IMG/VR virus record: IMGVR_UViG_3300029807_000001
Span: 29,667 to 93,666 of that record
Length of the DNA stretch: 64,000 nt
Source of the DNA: a virus
Reading direction: 5' to 3' (one strand)
Shown: positions 1 through 8,782 of the stretch, piece by piece
Position numbering within the stretch: position 1 is the stretch's first letter
Layout: each line of letters starts with the position of its first letter
Made by a program: the position numbers and the translations under genes
The notes under the pieces: generated by a model
What the model was told of the DNA's origin: nothing
What the model saw: only the letters and a program-made list of their open reading frames with translations
Database searches by the model: none

Positions 1-144
1 GCGAGAAGTTTACGGCTGCACACATCTATTATGCGTAGATGGAGATTAAAGAGAAAAGATGCTGAAAGACTATATGGTAAGGGTACTGCTCCAGTATTGA
101 GTAAGCCTTTTGCTTTACGACTATCGAGGTATGTAAACCCATGA
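1..144 (+). CDS. ERLYGK-family micro-protein 1 (5'-truncated by the window edge)
   Basis: Frame 1 is open from base 1 to TGA 142-144: ...MRRWRLKRKDAERLYGKGTAPVLSKPFALRLSRYVNP. The stop overlaps the next ATG (ATGA). Not in the ORF track. Confidence 0.65.
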   Translation, partial: ARSLRLHTSIMRRWRLKRKDAERLYGKGTAPVLSKPFALRLSRYVNP

Positions 145-320
145 TAACAGCAACAGATATACGTGTGAAACGTCAGTCAGCCATGATGCGACGGTGGCGC
201 ATAAAGAGAAAGAACGCGGAAAGACTATACGGTAAAGGCTCAATTCCTAATCCTCGTAGAATCTTTGGTGGACGATTGAACATGGTTCGCACTATAAAGG
301 ACATATTCGGAAAATGTTAA
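141..320 (+). CDS. ERLYGK-family micro-protein 2 (59 aa)
   Basis: MITATDIRVKRQSAMMRRWRIKRKNAERLYGKGSIPNPRRIFGGRLNMVRTIKDIFGKC. Close paralog of ORF1 and coupled to it by ATGA. Confidence 0.7.
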   Translation: MITATDIRVKRQSAMMRRWRIKRKNAERLYGKGSIPNPRRIFGGRLNMVRTIKDIFGKC

Positions 321-454
321 ACAACAATAGTGCGTTGAGGTCTGCTATGTATGCGTTAAGACAGTCTTACCAAATAGTAGACAAGGCTACGAAAGCAAGG
401 GAACGTAGAGAAAGAAAAGAACGGGAGAGACTTTATGGTAAGCAAGGCACATAA
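314..454 (+). CDS. ERLYGK-family micro-protein 3 (46 aa)
   Basis: MLNNNSALRSAMYALRQSYQIVDKATKARERRERKERERLYGKQGT. Overlaps the previous stop codon. Confidence 0.7.
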   Translation: MLNNNSALRSAMYALRQSYQIVDKATKARERRERKERERLYGKQGT

Positions 455-605
455 CGATGCTTTTGACGCATTGATTCTTGCTGCGGCTAGAACGAAAGAT
501 TCTTGGGAATGTGTGACGAAAGCTATAAAGGTAATGAAGCGTGGCTTTGTAAAACTGGAACGTAAACGAATAAAGAATCAGGAGCGTCTGTATGGCAAAC
601 GTTAG
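435..605 (+). CDS. ERLYGK-family micro-protein 4 (56 aa)
   Basis: GGAG-N7-ATG start. MVSKAHNDAFDALILAAARTKDSWECVTKAIKVMKRGFVKLERKRIKNQERLYGKR. Confidence 0.75.
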   Translation: MVSKAHNDAFDALILAAARTKDSWECVTKAIKVMKRGFVKLERKRIKNQERLYGKR

Positions 606-741
606 ATGGAATCCAGAACAATTCAAAGCGATTGATAAATACATGAAATCGTGTGTACGCAATTATGAAATACGTAAAATGGTTGATATACGTACAAAGA
701 AGAAAGAAAGGGAGCGTCTGTATGGCAAACGTAACAGTTAG
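592..741 (+). CDS. ERLYGK-family micro-protein 5 (49 aa)
   Basis: GGAG-N7-ATG start. MANVRWNPEQFKAIDKYMKSCVRNYEIRKMVDIRTKKKERERLYGKRNS. Confidence 0.75.
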   Translation: MANVRWNPEQFKAIDKYMKSCVRNYEIRKMVDIRTKKKERERLYGKRNS

Positions 742-904
742 AATAGGTTCTACAATACCACATCCACAATCCGTACTTGGACTAGCTCAGCTTCCAGCAC
801 TAATAAGGTCCAAGAAAGACTTCGAAGTACTAAGAAGACATCAAATACAAATATGGCGTAAGCATTGGAGAGAGAAGGAGCGGGTGTATGGCAAAAGGAA
901 TTGA
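722..904 (+). CDS. ERLYGK-family micro-protein 6 (60 aa, ERVYGK variant)
   Basis: GGAG-N7-ATG at 722, preferred over the track start at 653. MANVTVRIG...IWRKHWREKERVYGKRN. Confidence 0.75.
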   Translation: MANVTVRIGSTIPHPQSVLGLAQLPALIRSKKDFEVLRRHQIQIWRKHWREKERVYGKRN

Positions 905-1073
905 TGTACATTACAGCAACTGGAGCGTAGATGGCAAGTTGTATAAAAACGTTAACACCAAGATATATGCTCCATACGGACTAGATATGGTTCCTTACCT
1001 AAGTATGAGCCTTAAACAAATAAGAAAATGTAAGACAAATTGGGAGCGTTTATATGGCAAAGGAAGTAACTGA
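888..1073 (+). CDS. ERLYGK-family micro-protein 7 (61 aa)
   Basis: GGAG-N7-ATG start. Ends KQIRKCKTNWERLYGKGSN. Confidence 0.75.
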   Translation: MAKGIDVHYSNWSVDGKLYKNVNTKIYAPYGLDMVPYLSMSLKQIRKCKTNWERLYGKGSN

Positions 1074-1548
1074 TAAATCAAGATACCCCTCCAAGTATAG
1101 CCCTAGCGAGTACGTCACTGGAGCACAGTACATCATCGAACTCGTGTGTGAGTACCGAGCTAGACATTTGAAGATAGACTTACCTAGACAATTCTGGAAG
1201 CTTCCAGAGTGGGCTAGTTATTTCTCTGCTCAAACTAGGTCTGTTCATAAACTATTAAGCAGTTTCGATGAAAGGGCCATAATAAATACAGTTAAAAATA
1301 GCAAGGTCAGGAGTTTACTGCCGAGGTGGATACCTTCTGCCGTGGCTAAGGAACAGAAAAAAATAGATGGAGCAAAAAAACAGAAAGAACAAGAAAATAT
1401 CAACAAACCTAAGAGCAAGAAGGGTATAATAGATATACCGACGAGACGCACTGTCCACCACGGCACTTCTGCTATGGACAAGCTCTTAGCACTTGATATT
1501 GAGGCATACGAAAATGGCAAAGAAGACTGCGAAGAAAAAAGAGACTAA
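1054..1548 (+). CDS. hypothetical phage protein (164 aa)
   Basis: GGAG-N7-ATG inside the last ERLYGK repeat. Overlaps the recA start. Confidence 0.8.
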   Translation: MAKEVTDKSRYPSKYSPSEYVTGAQYIIELVCEYRARHLKIDLPRQFWKLPEWASYFSAQTRSVHKLLSSFDERAIINTVKNSKVRSLLPRWIPSAVAKEQKKIDGAKKQKEQENINKPKSKKGIIDIPTRRTVHHGTSAMDKLLALDIEAYENGKEDCEEKRD

Positions 1549-2590
1549 AGAAGAACCTAAAAAGGTACTGACGATAGAAGACAAGTTGAAGAAGAAGTTT
1601 GGAGATCAAGCATTTACTACTGGTCGTTACATTACCGAAGCAAAGAAAGTTATAGTGCCAGTTAGTCCCGTTATAGATTGTATGCTCGGTGGAGGAATTC
1701 CATTCGGGTCTTTTGTGATACCTACTGGCCCTCCCAAGGTCGGTAAGACCGTTACGGCACTAGATATGGCTGCTACTGCCCTGAAAATACCTTCCGAATT
1801 TGAAAACAAGCGTCACCTATACTTCTTCAATATAGAAGGTAGGCTTAACGCTAGAGACCTAGCTGGTATCCACCACATGATACCACATATAGACGAAGAT
1901 GTTACTGTTATAGGATCGTATCCTGGTAAAATCTATACCGCAGAAGACTATTTAGACATAGGTGAACAACTTATTAATGAGAAGCCTGGATGCATCTTTA
2001 TATTTGACTCCTTCTCTCAGCTATGTAGCAAATCTGGCAGAGCAAACGAATGGGACGGAAAAGCTTATCGAGACGATGTACCTAAAATGTTATCGCAGTT
2101 CTGCAAGAGAATCTCTAACGTCATACCTATCAACAAGTCTATAGTAGTAGGAATTACACACCAGATAGCAAACACTGGCTTCGGATTTTCGGCATGGGCA
2201 GAAGCGTCTGGCACAAAGATTCAATATCAGGTAGACGTAAAACTAAAAGCATGGAGTAACGACTGGAAGGACGGAGAGACTGATACTGTTATAGGTAAGA
2301 ATATCGAATGGCAGTGTCTATGTTCTCCGCTACTGAACGGTCCTAATGTGCCAAAGTGTACGTCTAAGTTTAGATACGGGTACGGACTAGACAAGCCTTT
2401 AGAATTAGTGAATATGGCTATAGATTTAGGTATTATTCGTAAGGCTGGGTCTTGGTATTATTTTCCAGACGAAAGCAAGGTGCAAGGAATCGAATCCGCG
2501 AGACCAAGACTAATGGAAGATGACGTACTGTATCAAACTGTCAATGAGAAATACCGTGACATGATGGGACTGCCTAGTGTTAGTATATGA
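1514..2590 (+). CDS. recA: RecA/UvsX-family recombinase
   Basis: LGGGIP, Walker A GPPKVGKT, IFIFDS (Walker B), ASGTKIQYQVDV, and C-terminal GIIRKAGSWYY. Likely start is MAKK at 1514, after GAGG. Confidence 0.92.
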   Translation: MAKKTAKKKETKEEPKKVLTIEDKLKKKFGDQAFTTGRYITEAKKVIVPVSPVIDCMLGGGIPFGSFVIPTGPPKVGKTVTALDMAATALKIPSEFENKRHLYFFNIEGRLNARDLAGIHHMIPHIDEDVTVIGSYPGKIYTAEDYLDIGEQLINEKPGCIFIFDSFSQLCSKSGRANEWDGKAYRDDVPKMLSQFCKRISNVIPINKSIVVGITHQIANTGFGFSAWAEASGTKIQYQVDVKLKAWSNDWKDGETDTVIGKNIEWQCLCSPLLNGPNVPKCTSKFRYGYGLDKPLELVNMAIDLGIIRKAGSWYYFPDESKVQGIESARPRLMEDDVLYQTVNEKYRDMMGLPSVSI

Positions 2591-2972
2591 TCTAGAAAAT
2601 AATGAAACCAAGTGGCAGATGGCAGGCAAGGAAGTTACACTCGATACTAGACCGCGATCAGCGTTGCATGTAAAGGCACGAGGTCTAATAAAAGAGAGGT
2701 TCCCTACACTCCTAGTATTAGAAGAAGTACCTATAAAAACACATAGGACTAAAACCCTGTACCTGGACTTCTATCTACCACTGAGAAAATTAGTGGTGGA
2801 GGTCCACGGCCAGCAACATTATAAGTATAGTAGTCAGTTCCATTCCACGGCACTGGAGTTTTTGAAGCAACAGAAAAATGACGAAGAAAAGATACTGTGG
2901 TGTGAGATTAACGGCATAGAAATTTTAGTACTACCTTACGATACGCAGAAAGATTGGAAAGAACAGTTATGA
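2577..2972 (+). CDS. Vsr/DUF559-like endonuclease
   Basis: EE...LYLDFYLP...VVEVHGQQHY...D.EK..WC..NGI motif pattern. Confidence 0.8.
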   Translation: MLVYDLENNETKWQMAGKEVTLDTRPRSALHVKARGLIKERFPTLLVLEEVPIKTHRTKTLYLDFYLPLRKLVVEVHGQQHYKYSSQFHSTALEFLKQQKNDEEKILWCEINGIEILVLPYDTQKDWKEQL

Positions 2973-3457
2973 GTATAACACAAAAAGATAAGTTAAAGAT
3001 GCGTAACCAAGTGTTGGACGACTACGAAGGTAAGGTAGGTCTCCCAGAGAACAATGCTCCAGGAGACAACGCTGAGTTGCAGGAATATTTAAGTATGGAT
3101 AGACAGGTGATAGAAGCTATGAGTCCTAACAGGGCTATATCTATTTCTATTAGACTATCTCAGTATCAGTTTTATCTACAGAGATGTCTCAATAGGGAGA
3201 AGGCTATTAAAACTTGGTCAGAATCTGAGTTAAATTCTATAGCCGCCGTGAGTATATCTCAGTATGATAAGTTCCTCAAACATGACATGAAAATGGCTTT
3301 GATAGCAAAAGATAACTCAGCAGCTAAAGAGCTATACAAGATGCTTGCGTATGCTACCCAGAGAATAGACAGACTGTCTGAACTATCTAGTGGTATTAAG
3401 AATCTGTCATACGTGATCTCTCTCATATATAAACACAAGCTAGGAGAAGCTTCATGA
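2969..3457 (+). CDS. helical protein, possible UvsY-like recombination mediator
   Basis: ATGA-coupled ORF that looks all-helical and sits just after recA. The function is a positional inference only. Confidence 0.4.
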   Translation: MSITQKDKLKMRNQVLDDYEGKVGLPENNAPGDNAELQEYLSMDRQVIEAMSPNRAISISIRLSQYQFYLQRCLNREKAIKTWSESELNSIAAVSISQYDKFLKHDMKMALIAKDNSAAKELYKMLAYATQRIDRLSELSSGIKNLSYVISLIYKHKLGEAS

Positions 3458-4173
3458 CGCAGAAGAAAATAATACAAGACCTATCACAATTGTCCGATGA
3501 AGAACGGGCCAAGATAGAGAGCATGATCGGCTCGATGCTGGAAGAAAAACCTAAGAAAAATAAAGGTCCGAAGAAAAAAAGTAAGGGTCCGCAGCAGCAA
3601 AAACAGCAAAATAAGTCAAGGAAGAAAAGAAAAAAGTACAAGAAGGTTGACAATCCTGATAATGAGGTGATAATTGAACAGGAGGTTGGTCGCTCAGGAC
3701 CACGAAAGAAAATTCAACTACCGAACGAGCCAGAGCAAAGTAAAGGTTCCGCTGGAGTCGGCAGGACAGCACCGAGAAATCCCGAAAACCAAATAACAGA
3801 GTCTCCAAGACGAGGAGGTAGTAGTAGAAGACGAGGAAGTCCAGTACAAATGGGAAGAGGGAAGGGAAACATTCAGGCAGTAGGTCAGAAGGTAGTACTA
3901 ACTGGCGAAAACAAGTTTGAGAAGATGAGAGATAGGAACAGTTGTAAGAGCGACACTAAGATAGATAAAAAACTATGGACAGATAGAGAAGCTTTACAAA
4001 GACCAGATGACTTTAAGTTTGTAGAGGTACAATGCACTGGACCGTTTCGAGACGACGGTGTAATTGATGGTTGTGGACTATGGTTTGACGTAAACCCTGC
4101 GTTACTATTAAGAGATGAAGAGACGGGTAATATTACATACACTTGCAACAATTGTACGAGATCAGGAAGATAG
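3454..4173 (+). CDS. basic disordered protein with C-terminal Zn-ribbon
   Basis: K/R/G-rich middle. C-terminal C-x12-C ... CNNC. Confidence 0.6.
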   Translation: MTQKKIIQDLSQLSDEERAKIESMIGSMLEEKPKKNKGPKKKSKGPQQQKQQNKSRKKRKKYKKVDNPDNEVIIEQEVGRSGPRKKIQLPNEPEQSKGSAGVGRTAPRNPENQITESPRRGGSSRRRGSPVQMGRGKGNIQAVGQKVVLTGENKFEKMRDRNSCKSDTKIDKKLWTDREALQRPDDFKFVEVQCTGPFRDDGVIDGCGLWFDVNPALLLRDEETGNITYTCNNCTRSGR

Positions 4174-4179
4174 AGATAA

Positions 4180-5646
4180 ATGGCAGTAACATACGACGTA
4201 GCGGCTGAAAGAGCTGTGCTGGCTGGAATATGTCAACATGGCGCAGACATGTTTTTGGACATAACAGATTTGGTAAAGGTAAATACATTTTTTGGTGATT
4301 CTAATAAGATTATCTTTAAGTGTTTAGAGCATATATGTAAAGCAGATAGTTCGGCAGTAGTTGATCTACCGTCTATATTATCTGCGGCATCTGAGCTAAG
4401 CCTTAATCATATATTTGAGAGGAAAGAGGAAGGTAAGCATCTTAATAGTATTCTACAGTTAAGAGTAGAGCAGACTAACGTTAGAAAGTTCTCTGCCAAA
4501 CTTAGACGCTTGGAGATTGCTAGACTGATCCACAATCAGGGAGGACTTCTACAAGAAAGAATGTCCGACATAGATGGTTCGGAACCTATCGCTCAGCTTA
4601 TAGGTATAGCAGAAAATACTATCTTTGATTTTACCTCACTGTTCGAGGGAGAGACCGAGCTAAAGCCGAAGAAGATTAGCGATGGCATTAGAGAGTACAT
4701 ACAATACTTAGAAGATAATCCTTGCACTACTATTGGCATACCTACTGGCTTTCCATCCTTCGATGAAAGCATTGGAGGTGGAGTAAACCCAGGCGTTACG
4801 ATGCTAGGAGCTAGACCTAAAGTAGGCAAAACTACTCTGTCTATGAACATGGCTAAGAACATTGCTCGCAACGGTATCCCAGTTCTATACCTCGATACGG
4901 AAATGATCGAGAAGGGTAGATACCGAGATATCTCAGACAAGCTCACCGCTATGATAGCGGACGTAGACATTAAGACTGTAAAGATGGGGCAGTTCAAGGA
5001 GGACGAAGCGGAAAGGGCTCGTGTGTGGGAGGCTGTTGACGAGATTGAGAAGCTTCCTATCTACCGCATGGACATTGCGGGTAAATCTTTTGAGGATCAG
5101 TTGTATGTTATGAGACGATGGGTACAGAACACGGTCGGACTCAACGCTGATGGTACTGCAAAGGACTGCGTTATTCTATATGACTACTTAAAGGTTCAGG
5201 ACACTAGCGGGATTACTGAGTCTATCAAGGAGTATCAGGTTCTGGGTTGTATGATGACTGCACTACAGAACTTCGGTATTAGATATGCGGTTCCTATTAT
5301 AGCTTTCACTCAGCTAAACAAAGATGGCATTGACAGTGAGACCTCGGCTGTTGTGTCAGGATCGGACAGGCTGTCATGGTTCTGTATCAGTTTCAGTATC
5401 TTCAAGTATAAGTCTAATGAAGAGATAGCAGAGGATGGAACGAACAAGGGCAATAGAAAGATTGTTACTGTGATGTCACGGTACGGTCCAGGACATGACT
5501 TTGGAGAGTACGTACATGCTTACATGAATAAATATCGTGCTCAGATAGACGAGGTTGACCTTAAAAATCTAAGCGTGGGAGATGATTTCATATTCGATAA
5601 TGACGGTGAAGACGGAGAGATGGTAGACGAGATACCTTTTGACTAG
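4180..5646 (+). CDS. dnaB: replicative DnaB helicase
   Basis: AERAVLAG N-domain, GIPTGF, Walker A GARPKVGKT, LDTEM, YDYL, TQLN, SRYG. Confidence 0.95.
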   Translation: MAVTYDVAAERAVLAGICQHGADMFLDITDLVKVNTFFGDSNKIIFKCLEHICKADSSAVVDLPSILSAASELSLNHIFERKEEGKHLNSILQLRVEQTNVRKFSAKLRRLEIARLIHNQGGLLQERMSDIDGSEPIAQLIGIAENTIFDFTSLFEGETELKPKKISDGIREYIQYLEDNPCTTIGIPTGFPSFDESIGGGVNPGVTMLGARPKVGKTTLSMNMAKNIARNGIPVLYLDTEMIEKGRYRDISDKLTAMIADVDIKTVKMGQFKEDEAERARVWEAVDEIEKLPIYRMDIAGKSFEDQLYVMRRWVQNTVGLNADGTAKDCVILYDYLKVQDTSGITESIKEYQVLGCMMTALQNFGIRYAVPIIAFTQLNKDGIDSETSAVVSGSDRLSWFCISFSIFKYKSNEEIAEDGTNKGNRKIVTVMSRYGPGHDFGEYVHAYMNKYRAQIDEVDLKNLSVGDDFIFDNDGEDGEMVDEIPFD

Positions 5647-5667
5647 TACGTAAATTGGGAAGAGATA

Positions 5668-6846
5668 ATGAAGACTAAAGTAAAGATACATGACAAGATG
5701 GACCTGCGTATCCTGGAGAAGGCAGCAGGACACAAGTTAGAATCCCTGTTAGAGACTCTAGGAGTAGAGGGTCTCAGTCGTCGTAGTAGATTCTACGTGG
5801 GTAAATGCCCTATACATGGAGATGCAGACAACGGTACGGCTTTCAACATCTTTCATACTGGTCACGAAACCATTGGTAACTGGAGATGCTTTACTCACTC
5901 ATGTCACAAGCACTTCCAACCTAATATTATAGGATTCGTTAGAGGGTATATATCCAGGAATAAATACGGATGGACAGACCCTAAAGACGTTGATAAAGAA
6001 TGTAGTTTTGCAGACGCTATATCGTTCTTAATGAAGTTCGTAGGAGGTCAGGACTTATCGGAGATTAAGATTGACTACCAACAGATAGAACAAGGTAGGT
6101 TTGTCAACAGCATGACCAGTACTTACGCTAGAGAAGAACCAGCGCGTAATCTAAATATCTCTAGACGCACAGTCAGAGACGGACTAAGTATACCAGCGGA
6201 GTATTATGTTAGTAGACACTATACTGCCGAGATATTAGAAAAGTATGACGTTGGACTATGTACGGAGATGGGTAAGCAGATGTTTATGAGAGCGGTAGTT
6301 CCCATTTACGACGATGACCATAAGAACGTTGTAGGATGTAGTGGTAGAGCAATCTTTGATATGTGTCCTATCTGTAATTCATATCACAATCCAACTCACC
6401 AGTGTCCCGACGATAAGAACAAGTGGAAGTTCTGCAAGTGGAGACACAACTACGGATTTAAGGGAGAGAACTATCTCTATAACTACTGGTATGCCAAGGA
6501 CTACATCCGTAAATCTAAGGTTGCAATAATCGTAGAGAGTCCTGGAAATGTCTGGAGACTGGAGGAAGCTGGCATCCACAACTCAATTGCGACGTTCGGA
6601 GCGCATTTAACTGACGGTCAGCGATATATTTTGGATAAATCTGGCGCTTTAGCACTTATTGTGTTGACAGACCCCGACCACGCGGGTAGATTAGCACTAG
6701 AGAACATTCGTGAGTCGTGCGGCTCCATATATTCCATCCACAGTCCCGTGATTAGCGACTCTGATATCGGAGAAGCCACGGTTACTTTATTACACAACAA
6801 ATTAGTACCAATAATAAACAAAATAGAAAGTGGATTAGCATTATGA
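5668..6846 (+). CDS. dnaG: DnaG-type DNA primase
   Basis: Zn finger CPIH...CFTHSC, RAVVPI...VVGCSGR, TOPRIM IVES and DPDHAG. Confidence 0.92.
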   Translation: MKTKVKIHDKMDLRILEKAAGHKLESLLETLGVEGLSRRSRFYVGKCPIHGDADNGTAFNIFHTGHETIGNWRCFTHSCHKHFQPNIIGFVRGYISRNKYGWTDPKDVDKECSFADAISFLMKFVGGQDLSEIKIDYQQIEQGRFVNSMTSTYAREEPARNLNISRRTVRDGLSIPAEYYVSRHYTAEILEKYDVGLCTEMGKQMFMRAVVPIYDDDHKNVVGCSGRAIFDMCPICNSYHNPTHQCPDDKNKWKFCKWRHNYGFKGENYLYNYWYAKDYIRKSKVAIIVESPGNVWRLEEAGIHNSIATFGAHLTDGQRYILDKSGALALIVLTDPDHAGRLALENIRESCGSIYSIHSPVISDSDIGEATVTLLHNKLVPIINKIESGLAL

Positions 6847-7733
6847 CAAATATTATAGCCTTTAGCGGTAGAAAGCAAAGTGGTAAGAATACCGTATTCA
6901 ACTTCCTTCTTGGACTAGAGCTACTTAAACTAGGAGTAGTTAGAAAAGCCGTAGAGGTTAGACCAGAAGGATTATTCATTAGCGACGTATTGGGTAACGC
7001 TGATTACGAAGGTCTCTTCGATATAGATCGTAACAACGACACAACACGACAGTTTAATGAAGAATTTATCTATCCGTTCATCAGGAACTATAGCTTCGCG
7101 GACTGTCTCAAGACCGACGTATGTATCAATCTTCTAGGACTAACTCACGATCAATGCTACGGTACGGACGAGCAAAAGAATAGTATCACGCATCTTATGT
7201 GGGAAGATATGCCTGGAGTATTACCACAGGCTCCACCCAAAATGAAACAGGCTCAGATACCATTCTGGGGCAGAATGGGTAAGTACTATGACACGTATAT
7301 GGTAGAAGGTAAATATTTCATAGTGCATGAGCCAGGACCGATGACCGCTAGGGAAGTAATGCAGTATGTTGGTACTGACCTATTCCGCAGGATGTATGAC
7401 AAGGTATGGTCCGCTGGAACAATCAATCGCATCAAAGACTACGCTACTAAACTGGCTATTATTACAGACTGTAGATTCGTCAACGAGGTAAAAGCTACTC
7501 AGGAAGCTGGAGGCAAAGTCATACGATTCACTCGTAATGGCGACGATGCAGACGCACATGAAAGCGAGAGAGCATTAGACCGCGATAGATTCGATTGGAA
7601 CAAGTTTGATGCCGTGGTAGATAATGCGGAAATGACCATCTCGGAACAGAACGAAGCAACCTACAAGGTTCTTGAGGGATGGGGATACGTAGATCAGATA
7701 GGTAACGCAAGCCTTACGGAGGCAGTGTCTTAA
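6843..7733 (+). CDS. deoxynucleoside monophosphate kinase (T4 gp1/T5 dnk-like)
   Basis: SGRKQSGKNT P-loop, SFADCLK, TAREVMQYVGTDLFR, IITDCRFVNE, HESE. Confidence 0.9.
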   Translation: MTNIIAFSGRKQSGKNTVFNFLLGLELLKLGVVRKAVEVRPEGLFISDVLGNADYEGLFDIDRNNDTTRQFNEEFIYPFIRNYSFADCLKTDVCINLLGLTHDQCYGTDEQKNSITHLMWEDMPGVLPQAPPKMKQAQIPFWGRMGKYYDTYMVEGKYFIVHEPGPMTAREVMQYVGTDLFRRMYDKVWSAGTINRIKDYATKLAIITDCRFVNEVKATQEAGGKVIRFTRNGDDADAHESERALDRDRFDWNKFDAVVDNAEMTISEQNEATYKVLEGWGYVDQIGNASLTEAVS

Positions 7734-8782
7734 TGTCAATTATTACATACCTAAGAAGTAGCTCGTATGGTTGTCACGATATGTGTCCCATGAAATACTA
7801 CCTGGAATACAACCTTGGGCATAAGGGTCCACCAAACATTAAGGCAGAAAAGGGTACTATCGTTCATAAGGTACTAGAGGTATTAGCCGATGTAAAGCTA
7901 CATGGACAGAACGGACGTAAGAGATTTGATGACGAGATCGCTGGTAGAATTAACCTAGCTAACTACGACATAGATAAGATCGTTGACAAGTGCTATGACT
8001 ACTATTCTTCTCACTCCGTCAATACATGGAAGCCTCTTGACAGGAAGCATTGTCGAGCATGGACCTACAAGGCTCTTGAGTATAACAAGGGAGAGCACGA
8101 TCCGCGAAATTCAGATATCGTAAAAGCGGAACAAGCGTTCGACATAGAGATCACTAAACCGTGGGCTATGTATGATTACGAACTACCCGATGGAGAACGT
8201 CTCAAAGGTTTCTTATCCATCAAGGGAACAATAGATCAAGTGTCCCGCATAAATAAGAACACCTACCAGATACTAGACTGGAAGACTGGCAAACGTATCA
8301 ACTGGGCTACTGGAGAAGAAAAGGATTACGCGGCACTTACTAAGGATCATCAGTTAATGATGTATTACTATGCTGCCACACACATTTATCCAGAGATAGA
8401 CAACATACAGTTAGTGATCTACTTCATCAATGATGGTGGTCCGTTTACTATATGCTTCTCTAAGGAAGACATTCCTCGTATCGAAGATATGTTACGTCGT
8501 AAATTTGAAGCGATTAAGAACACGGCGGCTCCAGCGTTAAAGAAAACGTGGAAGTGTACTAAGTTCTGTCACTTCGGACGTACTAGTTTCGAGGGAACTT
8601 CTGTACTACCAATAATAGAAAAGAGATATGGACAGCCTAGTAAGATAGGAGAACCTATGACAAAGTGTGAACAAGTTAAGTTCTGTCTAGAGCATAGAAG
8701 TTCTGAGTTAGTCATAGAAAATATGTCTGCTCCTGGTCATCATGTAGACTACTATCAGAAGCCTGGAGACGTAGAGAAATGA
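7733..8782 (+). CDS. PD-(D/E)XK RecB/Cas4-like exonuclease
   Basis: CPMKYY, GTIVH, KGTIDQ, ILDWKTG, QLMMY, and C-terminal Cys cluster WKCTKFC. Confidence 0.88.
   Translation: MSIITYLRSSSYGCHDMCPMKYYLEYNLGHKGPPNIKAEKGTIVHKVLEVLADVKLHGQNGRKRFDDEIAGRINLANYDIDKIVDKCYDYYSSHSVNTWKPLDRKHCRAWTYKALEYNKGEHDPRNSDIVKAEQAFDIEITKPWAMYDYELPDGERLKGFLSIKGTIDQVSRINKNTYQILDWKTGKRINWATGEEKDYAALTKDHQLMMYYYAATHIYPEIDNIQLVIYFINDGGPFTICFSKEDIPRIEDMLRRKFEAIKNTAAPALKKTWKCTKFCHFGRTSFEGTSVLPIIEKRYGQPSKIGEPMTKCEQVKFCLEHRSSELVIENMSAPGHHVDYYQKPGDVEK

Larger units (their letters stand above)
64..1061 (+). repeat. Seven dispersed ~18-22 nt coding repeats (E-R-L/V-Y-G-K codons)
   Basis: Motif codons start at 64, 219, 425, 582, 712, 878 and 1044. 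The 22-mer ggagcgtctgtatggcaaacgt is identical at 581-602 and 711-732. Confidence 0.9.

Noticed and set aside
387-721. Track ORF 387-662 (-) and the 653-721 extension of the 653-904 ORF
   Set aside because: These are shadows of the + strand micro-ORFs. The SD-supported start is 722.
64-1061. CRISPR array interpretation of the ~20-nt repeats
   Set aside because: Spacing is 130-206 nt, the repeats are non-palindromic and vary at synonymous positions, the spacers are open reading frames, and no cas1/cas2 is present.
7733-8782. Cas4-like nuclease as evidence of a CRISPR-Cas system or as the array's integrase
   Set aside because: Solo RecB/Cas4-like exonucleases are routine in phage replication modules, and nothing links this one to the array.
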